From NCBI RefSeq assembly GCF_009914755.1, contig NC_060941.1: a stretch of 64,000 nt of DNA. One strand, written 5' to 3'. Shown here piece after piece: positions 55,863 to 64,000 of the stretch (positions are counted from its first letter, which is position 1; every line of letters starts with the position of its first letter). Source of the stretch: the human T2T-CHM13v2.0 reference genome, Homo sapiens. The position numbers were made by a program, and so were the translations under genes. The notes beneath the pieces were generated by a model that worked only from the letters and a program-made list of their open reading frames with translations, was not told where the DNA came from and ran no database searches.

Positions 55863-57626
55863 AAAAAATAGGTTTGTCCACCAGAGTTTTTAACATCTAA
55901 AAAAGACTTTCTCTTTCTCCTGCCTCTCTTCACTCCTCCAGTTAGTTCTACATTCAGCTACTCCTTGGCAGCCCTAGCCTGGCTCCTATTTTGTCCTCCT
56001 CTTTCAACCAACAAAAACCCCAAAATGCTCTCTCCAGTCAAAGAAAATTTCCAGTTCAACGTCCTCCCTACTGGCCTCTCTCATCCCTCAGTCACACTAT
56101 CACCCCACAGGCTCCTTTATGTTTGCTCTCCCAAAATTAGATTCTTCCCTGTTGTTCTTTTCTCTAGCACAAGCTTTGCTTTTCATATTACATTGTGTCA
56201 AATATATGGTTCATAATAATAGCCACAATTTATTGAGACTTTGCCATGGCTAGGCACTTCCCACATCTTACTACCAGGACCCTGCAAGCAAAGGTTAAAC
56301 AAGCCTATGGTCCAGATGAGGACACCATGGCCCACCTCTCTAACTGACCGGCCCAAAGTCACTGAGTGGGCAAGCAGCAGGGCTAGGATTGGTGCCAGCG
56401 TGTCTGGCTCTTAATTTTTTTAGTTCACCAGAACATAACATAAGTCTTATTAACATAATCTGCTTTATCTATTTGGTATGAATTTGCGGGGCTGTGTAAG
56501 AAAGGTTTGCTGCCAGTTTTGAGACTTGTCTGTTTGCAACAGGCTACATCTGCATCTGCTTTACCTAACAGTTGCCACCCCTTGCGTTATATACTATGTG
56601 TCAGACCCTGCATGCAATAAGTGCTTACACTCACTTATCCCTGAAGAACCCTACGAGGTAGGTAAATTACACTTACTTGACATACAAAAAAAAGGTGTCC
56701 TATATGACAGGTAAGGTACATGGAGGCTGCAAGCCCCATCCACTTAAACCTCTGAGTTGTCTCACTTTTATGGCTCCCCTATCTTTCTGCCAGCGGCATT
56801 CAAGAAATTGATGTCTGGGGCAGGGTGCCGTGGCTCACACTTTGGGAGGCCAAGGCGGGCAGATCACTTGAGTTCAGGAGTTTCAGACCAGCCTGGCCAA
56901 CATAGTGAAACCCCGTCTCTACAAAAGATACAAAAAATTAGCTGGGTGTGGTGGTGTGCGCCTACAGTCCCAGCTACTTGGGAGGCTGAGGCTGGGAGAA
57001 TCGCTTAAACCCAGGAGGCGGAGGTTGCAGTGAGCCAAGATGGAGCCACTAAACTCCAGCCTGGGCGACAGAGCGAAACTCCATCTCAAAAAAAAAAAAA
57101 AAAAAAAAAAAAAAAGCCTAAGAGAAGAGTGGAGTAGGAAGAAGTGACTAGAGTGACCAGAAGGCCTCAGGATTAGGAAGAAGTACTGAGATGGGAGGGA
57201 ACACAGCCATGAAGAAAATGCCTTGGGAGCTTCAGGGAAAGGAAGAGGTTTGAGTAGAAGCCACCTTAAAGCGCCAGAAATCATGATTAAGAGAATCTAA
57301 GTCAGTGAAATCTGGCTCAGAGGTGACTCCTCCCTCAGTAGAAATTCCACATACAAAAAAAATCCAAGCTCATGTCTACGGCATTCAGATCAAATAAATA
57401 TTTATTGCCTATCCACCTGTAATGGGTACTCTGTTTGCAAGTATCATCACCAAAACACCATAGGGTATAAGAAGGTGATAGTGCTATACTCACTGTTCAG
57501 AGGAAAATGGCCCAGAGAGGTGACATTTCTTTCTGGAGCTTACACAGTAACATATGGACAGAGGCCCGAATGCAGGTCCATTTGACCCAACTATCATGTT
57601 CTTTCCCCCAAATCTCAGCTACATTA

Positions 57627-57851
<225 letters not shown>

Positions 57852-58266
57852 TCATTTTGTAGTGCAGTCACATGACCTGTATAACAGAAACACTTGCCAA
57901 AACTACTACACCTTTGTGTTCCCCCAAAATCTGCATTTACCTATTTATTACCACATCTGCTGATGAAACTAAAAATGCAGCAATTACTAAAACTATTTCA
58001 ACTTCGTTTCAGAAGGAAAAATAGAACAGTTATTAAATAAACACAACCGTAGGTATCTAAGAAAATCAGGCTGGGAGCAGAGGCTCACTCCTATAATCCC
58101 AACACTTTGGGAGGCTGAGGCAGGAGGATCACTTGAGGTCAGGAGTTTGAGACCAGCCTGACCAACATGGTGAAACCTCGTCTCTACTAAAAATACAAAA
58201 ATTAGCCAGGTGTGGTAGTGCCCGCCTGTAATCCCAGCTACTCCAGAGGCTGAGGCAGGAGAATCA

Positions 58267-58689
<423 letters not shown>

Positions 58690-58791
58690 TTAGGAGTCAC
58701 AATAAAAGATGAATTTTGTAGTAAAAATCATTAATTTTTCCTAAAGCTTGCATTCATTCTTTAAGTGAAAATACAAAAAATGGATACTCAC

Positions 58792-58839
58792 ATTTTTTTA
58801 CTGGACCTTGCTCAAGAAAAGGATGGCTAAAAAACGCTT
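58792..58839 (-). CDS. ULK2: ULK2 coding exon 11 (48 nt), end of kinase domain: (E)AFFSHPFLEQGPVKK(S)
   Basis: Acceptor tcttgttacag|AAGCG and donor AAAT|gtgagta. Translation matches the ULK2 protein as recalled. Phase 1-1. Confidence 0.95.
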
Positions 58840-59422
58840 CTGTAACAAGAAATGAGAATGCAACCTTTAAAGAGACATTGACTAAACTATCAACCAGGTT
58901 ATTTTTTCTCAACGTATTCAATATAATGTCTTTGAGATCAGAATTTAACTTCTTTATATAGGCTCCATTTCCTTTAAATGTAAAAGCGTATTTTTTATAA
59001 ATCCTCTATAAAATAATTATTTTTATAATCATATAAAATAATGAATCAATAACAAATTTTAAATAATTACGAATTCTCAAAACATCTATCACCAGCACAA
59101 CATACTCTGATGCTACTTACACAGACATGTTCTCTAACGTATGCCACCCTCCAGTGGACAGCCCCACAGGAGAACTGTGATCACCAGGCCCTTGTTAAGC
59201 ACCCATGTGAACTACAGCTGTTAATTGTCCTAAGAGGAAATTGATGCAGCTGATTTATACAACAAACTATCCTTCGCCCCTACAAGTATTCCTGATGCTG
59301 GTTTCACATTAAAAAGAGAAAAAACTGGCCGGGTGTGGTGGCTCACGCCCGTAAGCCCAGCACTTTGGGAGGCCGAGGCAGGCAGATCACCTAAGGTCAG
59401 GAGATTGAGACCATCCTGGCTA

Positions 59423-59707
<285 letters not shown>

Positions 59708-60221
59708 TCAGAGCAACTCTCAGCTTAACTTCTCCCTAATAGGTATAAATATTTCCAACTACATGAACTTAATTTTAGTCCAACTTTACAAAACATTAAG
59801 AAAATAGGTATTCAGACCATTTCATCTTTTCCCCGACATGGAAACAATTACAGCTATCCTCTACTGAGTATTCAACATTCACTAAGACAATGAACTGGGT
59901 GCTTCACAAACCTTATCTGAGGAAGTATGTCCTCCTATGATGGGTAATAAAATTAAAAGCACACAAAGGCCATGTTTCTTGTCCAATGTCAAAGAGTTAG
60001 TAAGGTGAGGGACTAGAATTCAAATTCTAGTCCAACTTATTTAAATACCAATGTGGGTTTCCCTATTATACTATACATTAGCAAACCAAAATCCTGGAGT
60101 ATATTTCCACAAATCTCTGTTAGTATTACAACTATTACTACAGGAAAAGTCAAACACTTTTTTCCCTAAAAACTACAAGATCAGGGTTAATTTGCTAAGT
60201 ATTTTCATTAAACATGTCTTA

Positions 60222-60449
<228 letters not shown>

Positions 60450-60589
60450 CTACTCAGGAGGCTGAGGCAGGGGAATCGCTTGAACCCGGAAGGTGGAGGT
60501 TGCGGTGAGCCGAGAACCTGCCATTGCGCTCCAGCCTAGGCACCAAGGGCGAAACTCTGTCTCAAAAAAAAAAAAAAAGCAACTTCCAA

Positions 60590-63362
<2,773 letters not shown>

Positions 63363-63364
63363 CT

Positions 63365-64000
<636 letters not shown>

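Overview
Human (primate) genomic DNA containing the 3' two-thirds of ULK2 (unc-51-like autophagy activating kinase 2, 17p11.2) on the minus strand. Seventeen coding exons (exons 11-27 in the usual 27-coding-exon numbering, recalled rather than derived) lie between 58839 and the TGA stop at 8989-8991. All have GT-AG boundaries and compatible phases, and together they give 2324 nt encoding the end of the kinase domain, the Ser/Pro-rich linker (LIR motif, phosphosite-like motifs) and the C-terminal EAT/MIT-like domain. A ~5.5 kb 3'UTR runs to an AATAAA at 3489-3494. Introns are dense in Alu, L1, MIR/L2, LTR and DNA-transposon remnants, and almost all entries in the ORF track are repeat-derived noise. 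I found no new protein-coding system. The most interesting observations are RNA-level. (1) A TSD-flanked, tailless 5'-half tRNA-Lys retrocopy at 26881-26918. (2) A candidate ~5 kb 3'UTR intron, ending at a MIR-derived acceptor, that should escape NMD while deleting a dense cluster of miRNA seed sites, a proximal polyA site and two antisense Alus. (3) A candidate poison exon behind an orphan T27 tract in intron 20. (4) Several splice sites built on unstable repeats or hairpins. (5) A solo HERV-K(HML-5)-type LTR about 100 bp from an acceptor. Repeat subfamily names come from recognising consensus sequences by eye, and repeat boundaries are approximate.
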